A DNA stretch of 64,000 bases from Chloropicon primus (lineage: Eukaryota). The stretch lies in assembly GCA_023205875.1 (NCBI GenBank), contig CP060754.1:930001-994000 (forward strand), read 5' to 3'. Shown here piece by piece: positions 20,290 through 32,400 of this stretch; positions within the stretch are counted from its first letter, which is position 1, and every line of letters begins with the position of its first letter. The position numbers and the translations under genes are program-made. The notes under the pieces were generated by a model. That model saw nothing but the letters and a program-made list of their open reading frames with translations. It was not told the DNA's origin and ran no database searches.

Positions 20290-22023
20290 TCAGTAGTTGC
20301 TGGAGATCCGAATGACGCCGCCTTTTCTTCCGATAGCCATGCCTCCGTCGGCCTGCACGTGACCGCCGTGGCCGTGCTTCTTCTTGCGAGAATTTTTCTT
20401 GTACTTGTGGTCCGGCCTCCTCCTCTGGTTGCCATGCTTGTTGTTGCCGCCCGGAGACTTGCCCGAGCCGAGCTCGGAGAAATTCTCGAGCCTCTGAACC
20501 ACCTCCTCCTCGCCGTCCTCGTGCTCCAGCGCCCCGATCGAGGGAATTCCAGCTCCCTCAAGAGCCAAATCGCTCCTCTGCTTCAGGTGGGTCACTCCTG
20601 GTGGAGGGTGGCAGTAGCAAAGCTTGCCGTCGATGTAGTCCTTGAGGATTTTCCTGCCCGACTTCATCTCATCTGCTCTCCCTCCCTGCAGAATCAATCC
20701 CCTGACCACAGCATAGGCCTCCGCGAGCTGCCTGCCCGACACCTTGTGGGGGGGCTTCCCCTCCTCGCTCTCGAGCTCGACGTGGTAAAATCTTGCGAGG
20801 TAGTCCTTGTGAAAGTGACTCGCGACGATGTCGAGCGGGCCCCTCACGTCGTTGGTCAGCTTGTCGATCGGCAGGACGCCGGAAACCACCATGTACGAGC
20901 GGGACTCGGCGAACCTGGGGAAGACGAGGCCAGGGCAGTCACAGATGCACACGTCGTCGCTGACGTTGAGCGTCTGAAAATGTTTCGTCTTTCCAGGCGT
21001 CGAGGAGACTACCGTCTTCTTCTCTCCCTTCAGAGCGTTGATGGTGGAACTCTTTCCCACGTTCGGGTACCCGACGAGGCCGACGGAGAGTCTCGTTGGC
21101 TTGTCCTCCCGGAGGCGGGGGTCCGGGATGCCCGCGCTCTCGAGGGATTCCAAGGCGAAATGCTCGAGCCTCTCAATCATTTCTTCCCTCGTGTGCACTT
21201 TCACGCCAGGGTCCTCGAATCCGCTCTCCGCGGAGTCGTGCGGCTCGTCCTCCTGCGCCTGAGGGCGCTTGTACGGGTTCGGGTCCTCCAGCTTGGCGGA
21301 GAAGAAGCAGTGCTTGATTCCCCTCTCCCCGAAATACCTCGCCCATTCTTTCCTGTGCTCCAACGTCAGGAGGTCCGCCTTGTTCAGTATCAGGACGGTC
21401 TGCCTCGGCGGCTGCAAGTCCAGGGCGTACTGCTGGAGGTCCTCGCAGTAGTAGAAGAGCGGGTTCCTCCCGTCCACCACCTGGGCCACGACGTGGCTCC
21501 TCTCCAGCACCCTCCACAGCTGCCTCCACACCTCGATGTTCTTCTCAAAGGGGGTGACGCTCAGCCCGGACTCCTCCTCCGCCACCGCGATGGTCCTCCT
21601 CCACTCGAGGAAGCTCCCGCGCTCCTGCAGCTCCAGCTCCGCGACGGTCATGTCCTTGGTCCACGGCGGGCGCCTCGGGACCGTCAGCCTGTGCCTGTGC
21701 TCCTCCTCCAGCTTGCTCTTCTCCTCCGCGGTCTTCGGGGCGCACTGGGTCGCGCCCATCTGGATCACGACCGGCTCGTAGCGGTCCGCTGTGAAGTCTC
21801 TCTCCGCCAGGGTCGCCATGTTCATGAGCTCGTCCAGGTCGTTCATCTCCACGATGCTTTGCATATTCGACCCGCTCCCGTCCATGAGTTCCGTGGTGTG
21901 CCTCGACGACGCGTCCTCCTGCGTCTTGTGCCTCCCGCCGCCGCCGCCGCCCATCTTCCGCCTCAGCAGGGCGCTCCCCACCATCAACCCCTTGTTCCGA
22001 CTCTTCCCGTTGTGCTTCCCCAT
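20290..22023 (-). CDS. LSG1: Large subunit GTPase 1 (60S biogenesis)
   Basis: TPFEKNIEVWRQLWRVLERS, NKADL, GYPNVGKSSTIN, TPGKTKHFQT, CDCPGLVFP. Confidence 0.95.
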   Translation of the reverse strand: MGKHNGKSRNKGLMVGSALLRRKMGGGGGGRHKTQEDASSRHTTELMDGSGSNMQSIVEMNDLDELMNMATLAERDFTADRYEPVVIQMGATQCAPKTAEEKSKLEEEHRHRLTVPRRPPWTKDMTVAELELQERGSFLEWRRTIAVAEEESGLSVTPFEKNIEVWRQLWRVLERSHVVAQVVDGRNPLFYYCEDLQQYALDLQPPRQTVLILNKADLLTLEHRKEWARYFGERGIKHCFFSAKLEDPNPYKRPQAQEDEPHDSAESGFEDPGVKVHTREEMIERLEHFALESLESAGIPDPRLREDKPTRLSVGLVGYPNVGKSSTINALKGEKKTVVSSTPGKTKHFQTLNVSDDVCICDCPGLVFPRFAESRSYMVVSGVLPIDKLTNDVRGPLDIVASHFHKDYLARFYHVELESEEGKPPHKVSGRQLAEAYAVVRGLILQGGRADEMKSGRKILKDYIDGKLCYCHPPPGVTHLKQRSDLALEGAGIPSIGALEHEDGEEEVVQRLENFSELGSGKSPGGNNKHGNQRRRPDHKYKKNSRKKKHGHGGHVQADGGMAIGRKGGVIRISSNY

Positions 22024-22673
22024 TCTGCCTTCGCTCCGTTCCCCTCCTGGTTCTCGCTGCAGACCAATAAAAAAAAAACTCTGCAGGCACTCCCTTGAGA
22101 CTTAGTCCTTGCTCCGTCCGGTCTCGTTTTCGCTGGCCCTCCGTCCGAAAAGCAAGCGACACGGTACACTTCCACCACTCGCGCCTCTCTCACGCAACAC
22201 CCGCACTCACTCCTCTCTCCCTCTCTCCTCCAAAGCCGCCGTCTCCTCCCTGGCTCTCTTCTCTGAGAGAAGAGCAAGCAGAAGCAGCAGCGCCCATAAC
22301 GCACGAGCACGAGGAGATTCTGTGATTCGCGCGGTTTTTCGGTCGTCGTGAGGAGGCAGCGGCGGCGCTTCCTAGCCTCTTTCGGAGACGGTTCCTGGCA
22401 TCGGGGTCGTGCCTTCACTCTCCGAGGAAGGTCGGTTCGTGCTGGGTTCGCCACCAGGCTGCGTGGCTCGCACGGCCACCTCGAGCAAAGACTGGGAAGG
22501 AAGCGGTCTTGGGGTTTTGTGCTGTGTTGTGGGGGACCTACCACGACGGCTGACGCGTGTGTCCTGGGTAGGGATTGCAGTTCTGCTGGTGTGGAGGGTC
22601 CCCGGCGGTGCCTCGACCCTCGATAGGCGAGGCCTCGCGAGAGGAGGACAAATTCTCTCTGCTCTTTGAGCAG

Positions 22674-23504
22674 ATGGACAGGGACGAGGATGGCATCCCT
22701 GAGGACCTCCTGGGGGTGGATCCGCCCAGGGATGTCAATGGAGAGGAGTTCTCGCAGTCGTCCTTCTTGGCGCACGTGTTTCCTGGCATTCCAGAGAGCG
22801 GGACTGGCTGGGCTCCTCATCAGCAGGCGGTGGCACCCGTGGGGTACAGCCACGACGAATTTCTGCCAGTTGTACACCAGGCTCGACATCATCAGTACGC
22901 GGACCCGTCGTCGCCGTCGCCGTCGACCGCGACCCCCACGGGCAGCAGCAAGAGGAAACGACAGTACCTGGACATAGTGCTGAAGCCGTACGAGAAAGGG
23001 GAAAGCATCGACGAGCTCCCCTTGCCGAAGTCCAGGCTCCGGTGGACTCCTGAGCTCCACGACAGGTTTCTTGCCGCCGTCAAGCGGCTTGGTGGGGAGG
23101 AGCGAGCCACGCCCAAGACCATCATGCAGCTGATGGATGTCGATGGCCTCACGATATTTCATGTCAAGAGCCACTTGCAAAAATACAGGCTGTCGAAGCA
23201 GAAGCTCGAGAGCGCCATCGAACGGGGAAAGCAGGAGGAGAGCAGCAAGGGGGTGATTGAGAAGAGGGACGGGTCTCAATTTCAGAACCAGCGAGACCTG
23301 AAGCGGATGCTGCCGAAACACTTGAGCCAGCTGGCGACGAAACTGGGTTCAGACCAGCTGAATACTTCGGGCGAGGGGACCTCCGCGGATATGGAGAGCA
23401 TGCTCAGGGCAGCGTACGAGGAGGGCTACCGAGCTGGTTCCCTTGAGGCGAAGAACAAATACACGGGGAGTGAGTTTTTTGAGGGAAAGGGAGGGGGGAG
23501 ATAG
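22674..23504 (+). CDS. GARP/G2-like MYB transcription factor (SHLQKY class)
   Basis: [28 protein letters not shown]...[10 protein letters not shown]. Confidence 0.85.
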   Translation: MDRDEDGIPEDLLGVDPPRDVNGEEFSQSSFLAHVFPGIPESGTGWAPHQQAVAPVGYSHDEFLPVVHQARHHQYADPSSPSPSTATPTGSSKRKRQYLDIVLKPYEKGESIDELPLPKSRLRWTPELHDRFLAAVKRLGGEERATPKTIMQLMDVDGLTIFHVKSHLQKYRLSKQKLESAIERGKQEESSKGVIEKRDGSQFQNQRDLKRMLPKHLSQLATKLGSDQLNTSGEGTSADMESMLRAAYEEGYRAGSLEAKNKYTGSEFFEGKGGGR

Positions 23505-23560
23505 ACTGAAGGAAGCCCGAGGATTGAGAAAAACGCTTCTAGAATAGCAATTACCGCATC

Positions 23561-26500
23561 TTAGCCATAAATTTTAATGGCCTTGTCATAGTAAGAGCTC
23601 TGATTTTTGGTTCTTGACCGGCGATTCTTATCTTCGTGCTCCAGACCCAAATAATGCTCCCATGGACCATTGTCTCGCCTCATAAACCTAGAAATTACAA
23701 TGTCGTCGTCCTTCAGGTATTCTGGTCGTGACAATGAGCAATATGCGATCTTCCACTTGAGGAACTCCTCGTCCGGGACGTTGAGCTTTGCTTTGATTCG
23801 CTCCTTCACCTGCAGCACTGTTTCCCCCTCACGGACGACAAAGAAGAAAGGATCTCCAAAGTTGTGGATAGGGGTCGTATTGCCTGAAATCTGATCCTTC
23901 GTAGTGAAGTGATAGACGTGAATCAACTTGTCAGTTGGGCCCATGTTTCTCTCCTCTTCTGAGACTGCCTCGGCACGCAACGTCCAATACTGGTCATTGA
24001 TGCTGTCGATCTTGTCATTTTCATCATAGGTCTTGTAGATCTTGTGGTAAAAGATTTCCACGAGGCGCAGCTGCTTGCTTCCAGCGTTCGGAATCCTTCT
24101 CCTCAATTCTTGCAGAGCCTCTTCCACTTTGCTGTCTTTGGGCAATCTTAGCGTGTAAGTTTCAACCTCTTCGCCTGCCTCACCGTGGAAAGCAATCTTC
24201 AGAGACTTGAGTTTCTCCAGCTCGAATAATGGGATGTCGAGGATTTCATAGTACAATTTGTCCGCCAGCTGGTTGTAGTGCGTGAGCATCTCAGAAAGCT
24301 TCTCCACGCCCTGGTACTTCAGTGGATGAGGCCTAGGGCCGTTGCTATAGCAATTGTGGGACGTCAGCCTTATTTTGGTAGGATCGTCAAGCTCAATCTT
24401 GGCTGCCAAAGCCTCCGTCACCTCGTTGTACGTGTTCAGCTTTGACAACTCCAACTCGATCACCTCTGAGTGATTGTCTAACTTGGTGAAGTGGACAATT
24501 TGCCTGTTTTTTATGTAGCTCATGAATTCGTCAAGCAAGGGATGATACTTGGCAGCAGGTCCCGTCATTTGTGTGTCCTTCTGGAAGCATATGATGTCCC
24601 CAGACTCCAGTTGGCACTTCTTCAGAGTATTGTGCCTTTCCAGGCGCTCACACATCACCACGGGCTCAAACTTGATTTCCTCAAAAGCAATCAGCTCCTC
24701 ATCCAGACTGTATCCAGCAAAGTTGCACATCTTTGGGGTTAAATCCCTCACTTTGTCGGAGTCGACCGCAAAAGTTCTTCCCACATAGCTCAGAGTCTGT
24801 GTCTCTGCATCAAATAACTTGAAGAAAAGCATCATGGTCTTGTCGACTCGCAGTGGTGGCAACTCTCCGTGGGGATCGTCCTTGGTTGGGGTTTCAAGGA
24901 ACAAGTTGAGGTAGCTCTTCCCCATTTCCATGCGCGAATCTTTCAAGGTAAGATCCACTAGCTTTGTGTTTTCGTCCTCAGGCCCGTAGACCTTGCTAGG
25001 GCGGTACGTTTGGTTTTCCCGTGTCGACCACATCCAGTAACGCTGCTTGCTTTCTGGCACACCAAGCTGGGCCTCTACCTGACGCTTCACTTCGGTGAAC
25101 GGTTCCTTCTTGGGTATCCTGAGGTTCAGAATATCTGGGTGGTGGAAGTCCACGAGATCAAAGTAAGTGTGCTGCCCGACTTGTGCAGTCAAATCCTTGT
25201 CCGTCGCGATCCTCACATACGTGTACAAGTGTGCCTCCTGTTTCTCCTTCTTCCTCTTCTCCTTCTCCTCTTGCTCCTTGTCAAGTCTCTCCCTCAGGTG
25301 CTGCGCAATGTCATCCTTGGTGACATCGCACAAGATATGGTCCCGGTCGCTGTCTCTGATGTACACCAACATATACGCGTTCGAGAACCTCATCTGCGTT
25401 TTGATGGGCACGTTATTCCCATACCCGGTCTCTGTCCCATTTCCACCGAATTGTTCCTCAAGAGCAACGCTAGGCTCAACCTTTGTGACTTTCTCGTCAT
25501 CAAACTTAAGCCATTGCTTTCCATCTGGTCTGATGAAGGCATAGTAATGGCCGCCGTGAACCCCCCCGCTGTGAACCAGAACACTGTACAGCGAGTACTG
25601 GTTCTTCAGTGACCTATCCGAATCCTTTGTCATGTACTTGAAGTCATCCCGATCCAAATCCAGCTTCTCGGGGAACTCGTACCTCTCGTTGATCTTCACC
25701 ATCATGTCGTGCACAAAGTCGTACTCGAACCTCTTGAGCTGCAGCTGAAGCACCGGTGGAAAGTCTTGAAACAAGACCCCCTTCCTCGCATCCTGTAGCC
25801 CGTGGCCCTCGGCCTGGTACTTGTTGTCTCCCTCTAGCGTCTCGACCTCCACGTACTTTTCGAACGAGTCATATACATTCTTACACCCCTTCACGTCGAG
25901 CTGCAGGTCCATGAAGGACTCCTTTCGCGTTGATTTGTAGTCTACATTGATGCACTCTATATAGTTCACGACGTGCCCTTCGAAGAGGTGCTGGATGGTG
26001 TTCTCAACCCTCGTCCCCTTCATCTTCTCCTCCAGCTTCTCGCACAAAACCCTATTCAACTCTTGCACGTCGTGCTGTGTGAAGGCGTCCATGGAGTCCC
26101 AGCCAAAGGACCTGGTGAGATCCTTCGTCGCCACCGCCGTTGGGTTGAACTGGACCTTATAAAACAGGCTCTGGAGTGCAAGGGGGAGGCTCTTGTTCGA
26201 GTAGTCATCGCTCGACGTCGGCATGTGGTACACCGCCTTCCTAAAATAAGGAAGGTGGAAGAGGGTCTGCAGCAGGGAGTTCATGTAGCACGTCGCCCCC
26301 TGGTTCTTCAAACCGACGTGCCCGGTCTCCTTCCTCGAATCGTATGAGAAGTAGTTGTCCTCCGTCCTGACCTTCACCTTGGCCTCTATCGTGAGGGCGT
26401 CATCGACGAGGTAGCCCTTCTCCGGGGCATAGATGTTCTCGAGGCTCATGAACTGAGTGAACCCCCAGTCGCTCTCCTTGCCGTTGAACAAGTGCGTCGA

Positions 26501-26926
26501 GTCCTTCCTGTGGCTCATGTCCGGGTTGTACTGGTTGAGCACCGACAGCGTGAAGGAGGCCGATCGGCTCCAGTTGTAGGGAAGCATGTCCGAATCGGCC
26601 ACGTCCAGGTACAAGGACAGGAACTCGCACCCGTTCCCTTTCGGGAAGATCAACAAGCGCCACTTATAGCCGCCGATCAGAAAGTTGTCCGAGTACACCT
26701 TCTTGTCGTCCAGAAGGCTGAAGTTCTCGATCTTCCAGATGTGTGTCCCCTCCAAGGGGTCCTCCTTCGCTTCCAGCTCCATGTCCTCCGCCTCCTCCTT
26801 CACCACCACCTCCTCCTCCCCTTCGTTCACCAGACTCGCGGCGTCCTCCTGGGACGACAGAGTCCCCTGAACGCGCGTCGGAGAGCTGGCGTCCGTCTCC
26901 ATGGCCTGACCTCCATCCCGCGGCAT
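23561..26926 (-). CDS. USP7: Ubiquitin-specific protease UBP12/13 (USP7 orthologue), MATH + USP + UBL domains
   Basis: MATH domain (WKIENFS...WRLLIFPKGN...DWGF); Cys box GLKNQGATCYMNSLLQ; His box HSGGVHGGHYY. Confidence 0.95.
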   Translation of the reverse strand: MPRDGGQAMETDASSPTRVQGTLSSQEDAASLVNEGEEEVVVKEEAEDMELEAKEDPLEGTHIWKIENFSLLDDKKVYSDNFLIGGYKWRLLIFPKGNGCEFLSLYLDVADSDMLPYNWSRSASFTLSVLNQYNPDMSHRKDSTHLFNGKESDWGFTQFMSLENIYAPEKGYLVDDALTIEAKVKVRTEDNYFSYDSRKETGHVGLKNQGATCYMNSLLQTLFHLPYFRKAVYHMPTSSDDYSNKSLPLALQSLFYKVQFNPTAVATKDLTRSFGWDSMDAFTQHDVQELNRVLCEKLEEKMKGTRVENTIQHLFEGHVVNYIECINVDYKSTRKESFMDLQLDVKGCKNVYDSFEKYVEVETLEGDNKYQAEGHGLQDARKGVLFQDFPPVLQLQLKRFEYDFVHDMMVKINERYEFPEKLDLDRDDFKYMTKDSDRSLKNQYSLYSVLVHSGGVHGGHYYAFIRPDGKQWLKFDDEKVTKVEPSVALEEQFGGNGTETGYGNNVPIKTQMRFSNAYMLVYIRDSDRDHILCDVTKDDIAQHLRERLDKEQEEKEKRKKEKQEAHLYTYVRIATDKDLTAQVGQHTYFDLVDFHHPDILNLRIPKKEPFTEVKRQVEAQLGVPESKQRYWMWSTRENQTYRPSKVYGPEDENTKLVDLTLKDSRMEMGKSYLNLFLETPTKDDPHGELPPLRVDKTMMLFFKLFDAETQTLSYVGRTFAVDSDKVRDLTPKMCNFAGYSLDEELIAFEEIKFEPVVMCERLERHNTLKKCQLESGDIICFQKDTQMTGPAAKYHPLLDEFMSYIKNRQIVHFTKLDNHSEVIELELSKLNTYNEVTEALAAKIELDDPTKIRLTSHNCYSNGPRPHPLKYQGVEKLSEMLTHYNQLADKLYYEILDIPLFELEKLKSLKIAFHGEAGEEVETYTLRLPKDSKVEEALQELRRRIPNAGSKQLRLVEIFYHKIYKTYDENDKIDSINDQYWTLRAEAVSEEERNMGPTDKLIHVYHFTTKDQISGNTTPIHNFGDPFFFVVREGETVLQVKERIKAKLNVPDEEFLKWKIAYCSLSRPEYLKDDDIVISRFMRRDNGPWEHYLGLEHEDKNRRSRTKNQSSYYDKAIKIYG

Positions 26927-27282
26927 CGGGAAACGTCCCCCACCTTCAACCTCGCAAGACAAGACCGCTGAAGCAAAACCTGCCTCAACTCTAGCCGCTC
27001 TGATCGATCGCTCGGCGCTTCTCTTTTTTTTTTTCTCTTCTCTGGAAGTGAGAGAAAAGGGAAAACCTAAAATGCCCGAGGAGGGAGAGGGAAAGGAGAG
27101 GAGATGAGGAGACGTTGGGATTGGGATTGGAGGGGTTGATGGTGATGTCCCCATTCCCGAAGAGAGGGAGTTTGGTGGAAGGTAAAACGCGCGTTACAAA
27201 AAATCACACGGTAGCACATGCGAGGTACTCGTAGTATTTTTATTTCTTTACTTGTGCCTTGGCGCGCAAAACGGCAGCTTCC

Positions 27283-28839
27283 TTAGAGCTCCCTGTCGTC
27301 GGCGGAACGGTTGAGGACGTCGGCAGACACTGGGGTCTTGTTGTCCTCGATGTACTTCAACATGTCGTCGAAGGTCCTTCCTCCCTTGTAGGCCTCGACC
27401 TTGCCCTCGGAGTTCATGAAGAACAGGGCAGGGTAGCCCCTGGCGTCGAACCTCTCGTCCAAGACGTCGTTCTCGGTGCCGTCGAGCTTGGCGACGACGA
27501 CCTCCTTGTCCTCCTCGAGGGCATCCGCGAGGTCCTTGTAGGCTGGGGCCATGGCCTTGCAGTGGCCGCACCATGGGGCGTAGATCTTGAAGAAGACGTT
27601 CTTCCCGCTTCCGAGGACCTCCTTCTCGAAGGTGTCCCCGACAACGACCTTGACGTTGTCCTCGGGCTCTCCCGTTGGGATGGGGGCGGACTTGACGTAA
27701 GGCTTGACCTTGCCGGCCTTCACGTCCTCGACAAACTTCAGGGCCTTCTCCAAGTCGGCGGACTCCTCGAGGACGAACTTCTTCTTGCTGTTCTGCAGGT
27801 TCACGACTCCGAGGGAGACCTCGATGCTTGGGTTGAAGCCAAAGAAGCCCTGGAGCCTGGAGTTCTCTCCCTTGGCGTCAAACACGACCGTGGACCCGAT
27901 GGTCTCGGCGAGCCTCTCCGGGAGCTTGGAGGCCCAGGCCTTGACCTCGTCCTTCTTGCTCTCCGCCGCGTGGACGAAGACGTTGAAGGCGTTATTTGGG
28001 CTGTACACCCTCGAGGCGACGGACTGGGACATGTCCGTGAACGTGATGAAAGGCGCGGCGTAGTTGGCCTCGATGAAGCTCAAGATCTCGTCGACGGTCC
28101 CGATGGTCTTGCTCTTGACGACCTCGCCGTCGAAGTGCCTGAACAGGAGGATGGTGTTGGGCTTCACCTCCAAGTCGCCGTGGATCGCTTTGGCGATGGC
28201 GTAGTTCTCGGTGTGGTAGTAGCTGCCGTCCGTGCGGATCTGGTCCACGGCGCTCTCGAAGGTCTTCGCGTGGTCCGAGTCCTTCTTGTCCACGAACGCG
28301 ATCACGGTGACCTTGGTGTGGTCGTAGTCCTCCCTCTTGGGCGAGATCAGGGACTCGTCCGCCTGCTCGAGGTACTCGGACGCGGGGCCCGAGTACGACT
28401 TGATGTTGGCCACGAAGGCGTCCGCGGTCCTTCCGCCCTCGTACGTCGTGGGCTTGTCCAAGCCCACCGACTTGCGGAAGATGTAAATCGAGGGGAACCC
28501 GGAGAGCCCGACCCTCTGGGCGAGGGGCCTGTTGTCCGCCTCGTCCGCGTTCACCACGAAAAGCGGGATGTTGTCCTCCGCGAGCCTCTTCGCGGCCTCC
28601 GCCCACTCAGGCTTGGCGTTCTTGCAGTGCCCGCACCACGGGGCGTAGAAGAACACCGCCGAGATCTCGTGCTTCCCGATCTCCTCGTCGAAGTTGTCCA
28701 CGCCCAGGTGAAGCTCGTCGAACAAGGCCCACTCGCTCTCCGTCTTCTCCTCCCCCTCCGCCTCGGGGGCGGCCCACGCGGTCGCCAACCCCACGACCAA
28801 CAGGCCCAGAACAAAAACAGACCTTCCCGTCTTCCTCAT
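27283..28839 (-). CDS. PDI: Protein disulfide isomerase
   Basis: Signal peptide, two YAPWCGHCK active sites, C-terminal DREL (KDEL-like). Confidence 0.95.
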   Translation of the reverse strand: MRKTGRSVFVLGLLVVGLATAWAAPEAEGEEKTESEWALFDELHLGVDNFDEEIGKHEISAVFFYAPWCGHCKNAKPEWAEAAKRLAEDNIPLFVVNADEADNRPLAQRVGLSGFPSIYIFRKSVGLDKPTTYEGGRTADAFVANIKSYSGPASEYLEQADESLISPKREDYDHTKVTVIAFVDKKDSDHAKTFESAVDQIRTDGSYYHTENYAIAKAIHGDLEVKPNTILLFRHFDGEVVKSKTIGTVDEILSFIEANYAAPFITFTDMSQSVASRVYSPNNAFNVFVHAAESKKDEVKAWASKLPERLAETIGSTVVFDAKGENSRLQGFFGFNPSIEVSLGVVNLQNSKKKFVLEESADLEKALKFVEDVKAGKVKPYVKSAPIPTGEPEDNVKVVVGDTFEKEVLGSGKNVFFKIYAPWCGHCKAMAPAYKDLADALEEDKEVVVAKLDGTENDVLDERFDARGYPALFFMNSEGKVEAYKGGRTFDDMLKYIEDNKTPVSADVLNRSADDREL

Positions 28840-29454
28840 CACGACCTCACCGCGATGCCTTCCTCCCCAAATCGCCTCGATTCCACCGCCCCTTGATGAG
28901 AGCCAAACACACAGACACACGGACCTTTGCCCAGCCGATCGATCGCGCCACCGATCCGCGTTCTCTCCTCCTTTTGGCCGCCAGCCTCTCAGGGTCTTCT
29001 CTTCTCTCTCTCTCCTTTTCATTCGGGGAAAGGTCGACAAAAATTTCTTCCACAGGGCAAGAGTAGATTTCTGGTCTTAGGGAGGAAGACCTGAAGAGAA
29101 ACCTCGCGGAGACGAAGATGGAAGATTTTTTGGCAGGGGCAAGGCGGGGTTCTCAACGCAAGGTCGTAACGGTCGGAGAAAGAGCAACAACGGTCAAGTG
29201 CCCTGTCCCTCGAAGGTGCCGTTGACGAACGACCGCCATGATGCCATGATGTCGTCTCGTCTCGCTCCTCTCTCTCTTTCACTCTCGTGCTCTCTGTCGT
29301 CGTCCAAAACTTACGATACCAATTTTATCGTCTTTTTTTAAGCTTGATGGGTGGATTGTTTTTAAAGATACACGGATGATGATGATGATGATGGTGAAAA
29401 AAGCCCGGCCAGCCTTCGCCCCGGAGCTCTCTCCCTCTCCCCCCCCCCTCTCTC

Positions 29455-32400
29455 TCAGTAGAGCACGAGGGTCTTGCCGAAGGCGTAGAGGATCTGGATC
29501 TTGGAGCGGGACGCCTTGCCCAAAGCAAGGGCGCGGACCGCATTGCTGGAGTGCCTCTTCAGCTTCATGGAGTCCACCGCGACGGTGCCCGAGGATTCGC
29601 TCGCCTCGAGGACAAAGGTGGAGCCCTTGGTGCTGAACAGGGCCGTCGTCCTGTCCCTCGAGACGCTGAACTGAGTGAGCGGGGAAGTGAACTTGACGAC
29701 CGAGATGGCCTGGTTGCTCACGTAGTCCACGACAAGGAACTCGTTCAGGGTGGTGTTCCCGTAAAGCACCGAGTTGGGCTTGCTCTCCAGGAAGGCGATG
29801 TGGACGGACTCGGCGGGGCCGCTCGACGTGTTCCCGATCGGGTACTCGTGCTCCCTGACGACCTCCTGGGCCTCCCACTCGACCTTGTAGACCTCGATCC
29901 AGTTGGAGTTGGCCAAGACCAGCTGGCCCGGGGGCCTGAAGTCCGAGGCCTGCAGCCAAGGGGCCTCCCTGTCGATGCCGGCCATGAGCGCCAAGTCCCT
30001 CCTCTCCAGGTCGAGGTGGTACACGTCACAGTTCTCCGTCAACAGGAGGGCCGAGGCCTCGTCCTCGTACAGGTGGCAGAACTGGGGCGGCAGAGCCGCT
30101 CCGGTGACGGCGTCGACCTTGTTGCTGTCCAGGTTGTGGATGTTGACCGCGCTGCTCGCGGTCGTCGTGACGAGGATGTCGCCCTGCTTGCTCAGCGCGC
30201 AGCTCAGGCAAGGGGACTGGCCCTCGAACTCCATCACCTTCTGGATGCTGCCCTCCGTGTGCCAAAGGCTGACGGACCCGTTCGCGTCCACTGTCACGAG
30301 GGTCTTGTGGTCCTCGGAGGGGAGAATGAAGTCGATCGCGGCCTTGTGAGTGTCGACGAGCGGGGTGAGCTCACCAGTCCCAAGGTTCACGTGGGAGAGG
30401 CCGGACGTGGCCAGCCGCACCACCCCCTGAGACATGTCAGAGCCAAAGCTGATGTCCAGGACGGGCTCGTTCAGCATCGCCTTCCCGGTGACCTCCCAGC
30501 TCCCCTCCTTTCTCAGGTAGCTCAACCTGCACAAGTGCCCCCTGCGGGAGCCCACCAGCAGCTCCCCGTCCTCCATGGCCATTGTCGTGATCTCGCTTCC
30601 AAGCTGGTGCAAAATGGTGCACTCGCCCTCGTCCTTGAGCCACAGCTTCCCGCTGGTGTCGCCAAAGACAAAGCTCTCGTCGCCGTTGACATAGAGGACA
30701 GAGGTGATGCCATTTTGCATCTCGTCCTGCTTGAAGTCGCTGATTCGCAGCACCTTGTCATCCTTGACAGAGAACTCCCTTACATTCTGCTTGCCGACCG
30801 CCAGGAAGGCGGCGTCCGCGACGCTCTTGCTCCAGCACAAATCGTTGATCATGAAGCTGCACGTCCCCTTCTTGATGAGGAGTCCCGAGCGCGTGTTGTA
30901 GACAAAGAACTTCGTGAGGGGGTAAATGCTGATGGCCGCCAAGTACTTGCTGCACGATGAGAAGGCCATCTTCTGGATTCCTGTCCTCGGACCCTCGTAC
31001 GTGCAGATCGCTTCCCTCTCCTTGACATCCCAGAGCCAAATCGTCGCTCTCTTGCTACTCTTCGATGGATAGCCAGCTCCCGACGCCAGGAGGGTCCCCT
31101 CCGCGTTTGAGCACAAGCAAGACACGGCCTGGTCATGCTTCGTCAAGTACTGCTTTTTCTGGGTGGAGATGTCCTCCACGACGACCACGTTCTCGATGGA
31201 ATAGCAGATGACCCCCTCTTTGGGGATCCACGCCATGTTCTGCTTCCCGAAAGAATTGCAGCCAACGATTGTGGTGGTGGAACTTCCGCAGTTGAGCGGA
31301 ATGCTCCTGTCCTTCATCCCCAAGGACTTGTAATGACTGAAGGGAAGCTTCTGAGCGTCTTGGCTCGAGTAAAACTTGGCTTCATCAATGACCTCCTCGT
31401 CGCTCCCTTCGTCGTCGTCATAAAGCCCCCCGGAAGGCAAGAACTTCCAGGTATAAATGCCTTCCTCCTCTCCCAGGGATATGACGTACTCTGACGTTGT
31501 CGTCACAATCTTCTTGATGGCACCGACGTGACCTGCGAAAGACTGGCTTGGAAGGAGGGCCTCATCTTGAGCCACGTACTCCCAGATCCTTATGAGAGAG
31601 TCGCTTCCGCCCGTAAGAACAAGCCTGTTGTGGATCAGATCGATGTTGAATGCCCCGTAGTTTGCGTTCGGGACCGGTGGGATGTGCTTCACAATCTTTT
31701 GGGTCTCAATGTCGTACACCTCCACATCGGAGTCCACGTTCACGATGAAGATCTCGCAAGAATCTGGTGAGAACTGGATGCTCTCCACCAACCTCACTGT
31801 GGTGAATATTTTGGCGTACGAGGTCAGAGTCACTCCGTCGAAAATCAAGATCGAGCTTGCCTCGGTGCCCACGGTCGCGAAATACTTTCCATCAGGGCTC
31901 ACTGCCATGCAGATCAACCCAGAGGGAACAGATGTCGTCAGGTACCTCACAGGCATGTAGTTCTGGTCCACGTCGTACACGCAGATCGTGCCCTCTGAGC
32001 CGCCGGTGTACATGTAAGACCCTTGGGGGTGGAACATCACCTTGAGGATATCCTGAGAGTGCTGCTTGTGCTCTTGAATGAGGGACGCCTTGCTGATGTC
32101 AAACACCCTCACCAGGCCGTCGCTGCAGCCGCAGGCGATCACAGGCTTCTGGGGGTGATAGGCTATGCAGCAGACCTTCTGATCAGGCAAGTCAAACTGG
32201 AAGAGCTGCTCACAAGTCTCAAAGTGCCACACGCGCACTGAGCCGTCGTCCGACACGGTGCTGAATTGCTTCCTCTGTGGATCAACGGCGACGTCGTTGA
32301 TGACAGAAGAATGAGACCTGATCAAGGTTTTGTACTCGTGGCTTGGAATGTCAAGGTAGCCGATTGTTCCGTTGCTGGTTCCCACAGCGATTTGCAAGCC